A stretch of 64,000 bases of DNA from Vicugna vicugna (Eukaryota). Below are positions 62,160 through 64,000 of the stretch, one piece after another. Location: contig MU061578.1 of the NCBI GenBank assembly GCA_013265495.1, forward strand, positions 2,675,308 to 2,739,307, read 5' to 3'. A program made the translations under genes and the position numbers. Numbering within the stretch: position 1 is the stretch's first letter; every line of letters starts with the position of its first letter. The notes under the pieces are model-generated. The model was given only the letters and a program-made list of their open reading frames with translations. It was not told the DNA's origin and ran no database searches.

Positions 62160-62360
62160 TGCAACACTACACTAAGGAAGAATAATGCACCTAATAAAAC
62201 TAGCGATTTTCCGATTGCTAATGCTACCGGAAACACTGATTATGCTAATTAAAGGGTAGAATAGTAAATACCCACTCTTTTGCACCCAATTAAGTGCTCA
62301 GATTGCCTCTCAGAAGTGTTTGTTGAAAACAGCACTTTTGATTATCATAGGTCCCAAATA
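62160..62360. promoter_or_regulatory. Candidate conserved non-coding element / enhancer
   Basis: Repeat-free; ACCGGAAA (ETS), TGATTATGCTAATTAA (POU/homeodomain), CCAATTAAGTG (homeodomain/NKX), several retained CpGs. Confidence 0.4.
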
Positions 62361-62507
62361 AACAGAGTCAAGTGAGTGTGTGTGCGTGCACATCACATAC
62401 ACATTTCTCTTTGGAGCTCATTTCACAAAGCAGCGTAAATCCTAAAACTCCTACGGGACCAAGCAAAAAGAATCATGGTTTCCTAAGACTACAGCTTTGG
62501 AATATCT

Positions 62508-62687
62508 TTCTCATCTTTCATTTACTTTATTATTTTATTTTTATTTTTTGTTGGGGGGTAGGTAGTTAGCTTTTATTATTTATGTATTTATGTATTTATG
62601 TAGTTATTTAATGGCGGTACTGGGGATTGAACCCAGGACTTTGTACATGCTAACCATGCACTCTGTCACTGAGCTATACCCTACCCC
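62508..62687 (-). mobile_element. tRNA-derived SINE (camelid Vic-1-like)
   Basis: ggtactggggattgaacccaggactttgtacatgctaaccatgcactctgtcactgagctataccc; TSD cagctttggaatatct / cagcttgggatatct. Confidence 0.92.
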
Positions 62688-63184
62688 CAGCTTGGGATAT
62701 CTGTAAGGAAAGTGCGTGTGTTAAGAACACAGCATGAGAAAACAGTTTCAAGTTGGGAACATCTGAGATTTAACATGTAAACAGCAGGATATGCAGGGCT
62801 GCCTAAGTCCCTCACAATGTCATTGTCAGCTTATTCTAAATAATAAAATAGCCAAACTATGTTCTACACAATGTTAGAAATTTCATCCTTCCAGTCAATT
62901 CCATACTTCAGAGTAAAGCCAATTTATATGTAAGTTAAACAAAGTACCATCATTAAAAGCTAAGAATTAGGTCTAATGCCAATCAGAAATGCAATAAATA
63001 AATATTAGAGGATTTGCAAGTTAAAGCAACCATAGAAATTCTATTATCAGAAAGGAAAATGTGTTACCTGTAGAGGGTACAAATAAGATGATAGAACCGA
63101 AAAGAGAAAACATTTCTGTAAGTATTTCCATAAGTTAACCAAGAGTGAGAATAGGATGGGTTTTGCACCCCTAAAAGGAGATAT

Positions 63185-63420
63185 GATTCATGCATTCATT
63201 CAACACGCATTTAATCAGCCATCAGCACTGACTCTGAGCCAGGCCTGTTCTAGGTCCCAGGAAAAGTGCAGTCAACAAGATCAACACAGCTCACCTTCTA
63301 GAGGAGGGAACTAGATAGTAAAAAAGTAAGCAAATTAAGATAATTTTAGATTAGGAAAAGTGCTTTGGAGAAAATAAAACAGGATCACACAATAGAAAAT
63401 GAATGCTTGAGGGCAGAAGG
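63185..63420 (-). mobile_element. L2 3' end
   Basis: attcatgcattcattcaaca..cattta...gccaggcctgttctagg...agtgctttggagaaaataaaacagga. Confidence 0.7.
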
Positions 63421-63474
63421 GACAGTATTTCACCTATAGCTGTGGACAGCAGAGCTTCTGGAATCTTGCAAAGT

Positions 63475-63915
63475 ATTTCTTAGGTCAAGCTTCCTAAAAG
63501 CAGAGCCTGAGGCAGGGATGCGGTGCATGTAATGTACTGAGGGAGAGCTCTCAGGAGATGGGAAAACTGACAGGGCAGGAGAAAGCGCTAAGTGAGACGA
63601 GACCCCATATGGAGACCAGCATCAGCCTGATTCCATGGGAAAATCTGGTGCATGAATTGCACCCCCACGTTACACCACCCTGAGGCCAGGGAGCTGGCTT
63701 TTTGTCCTCCTGTCAATCACTGGCCATGGGCTGCTGGGGATAGAGCAGTACAGGATACCTGCCCAGGTGAGGCAGGACTTGACCATGTGGCAAGGGAATT
63801 CTCCATAACATGGGGCAGCTGAGAGACATTAGCAGGCACCCTCAGAGAAATGGGTATGAGTGCACTGGCCCAGTAAAGGGATCTGGGTAGGGCACCAACA
63901 GCATCCCCTACAACT
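63475..63915 (-). mobile_element. ERVL LTR (LTR33-like)
   Basis: cttcctaaaagcagagcctgaggcaggga...gagggagagctctcaggaga...ggcaccaacagcatccccta. Confidence 0.65.
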
Positions 63916-64000
63916 TGAAATTCCTTTCCTGTTTCTCTTTCTCTCAAATGGTACATGGGAAGTTTTAGTATTACACCTGGTTATACTTTTCTGCTCATTT

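Noticed and set aside
1..64000. Prokaryotic-type systems (CRISPR, operons, rRNA) and the remaining short ORFs
   Set aside because: The sequence is CpG-depleted mammalian DNA. The other 60-165 aa ORFs lack homology, splice context or coding-like composition and mostly overlap repeats.

Overview
Mammalian genomic DNA, very probably camelid (Camelus/Vicugna/Lama), judging from six tRNA-derived Vic-1-like SINEs and a lineage-specific L1 family. About half the window is interspersed repeat (L1, L2, MIR, MaLR/ERVL LTRs, hAT-Charlie MERs), and nearly all ORFs in the supplied track are noise. The one protein-coding signal is exons 1 (42421-42670) and 2 (56943-57086) of an ENPP7 (alkaline sphingomyelinase)-like gene on the + strand. 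It looks like a divergent paralogue rather than ENPP7 itself. It keeps the catalytic Thr, canonical splice sites and a compact GATA-HNF4-GATA promoter, but exon 2 has a 2-nt frameshift with a premature TGA and the DGFR motif reads DGFL, so it may be a recently inactivated gene. Other notable structures: a ~380-bp TSD-flanked L1 made only of a 5' end joined to the 3' UTR at an AG (candidate spliced or non-autonomous L1), a perfect 49-bp inverted repeat inside an old LTR, a ~90-bp local duplication with an L1 tail in one copy, two retroelements inserted at the same target site, and several repeat-free, homeodomain-motif-rich blocks resembling conserved non-coding enhancers. Repeat subfamily names and comparisons to human ENPP7 come from recall, not a search, and old-repeat boundaries are approximate.
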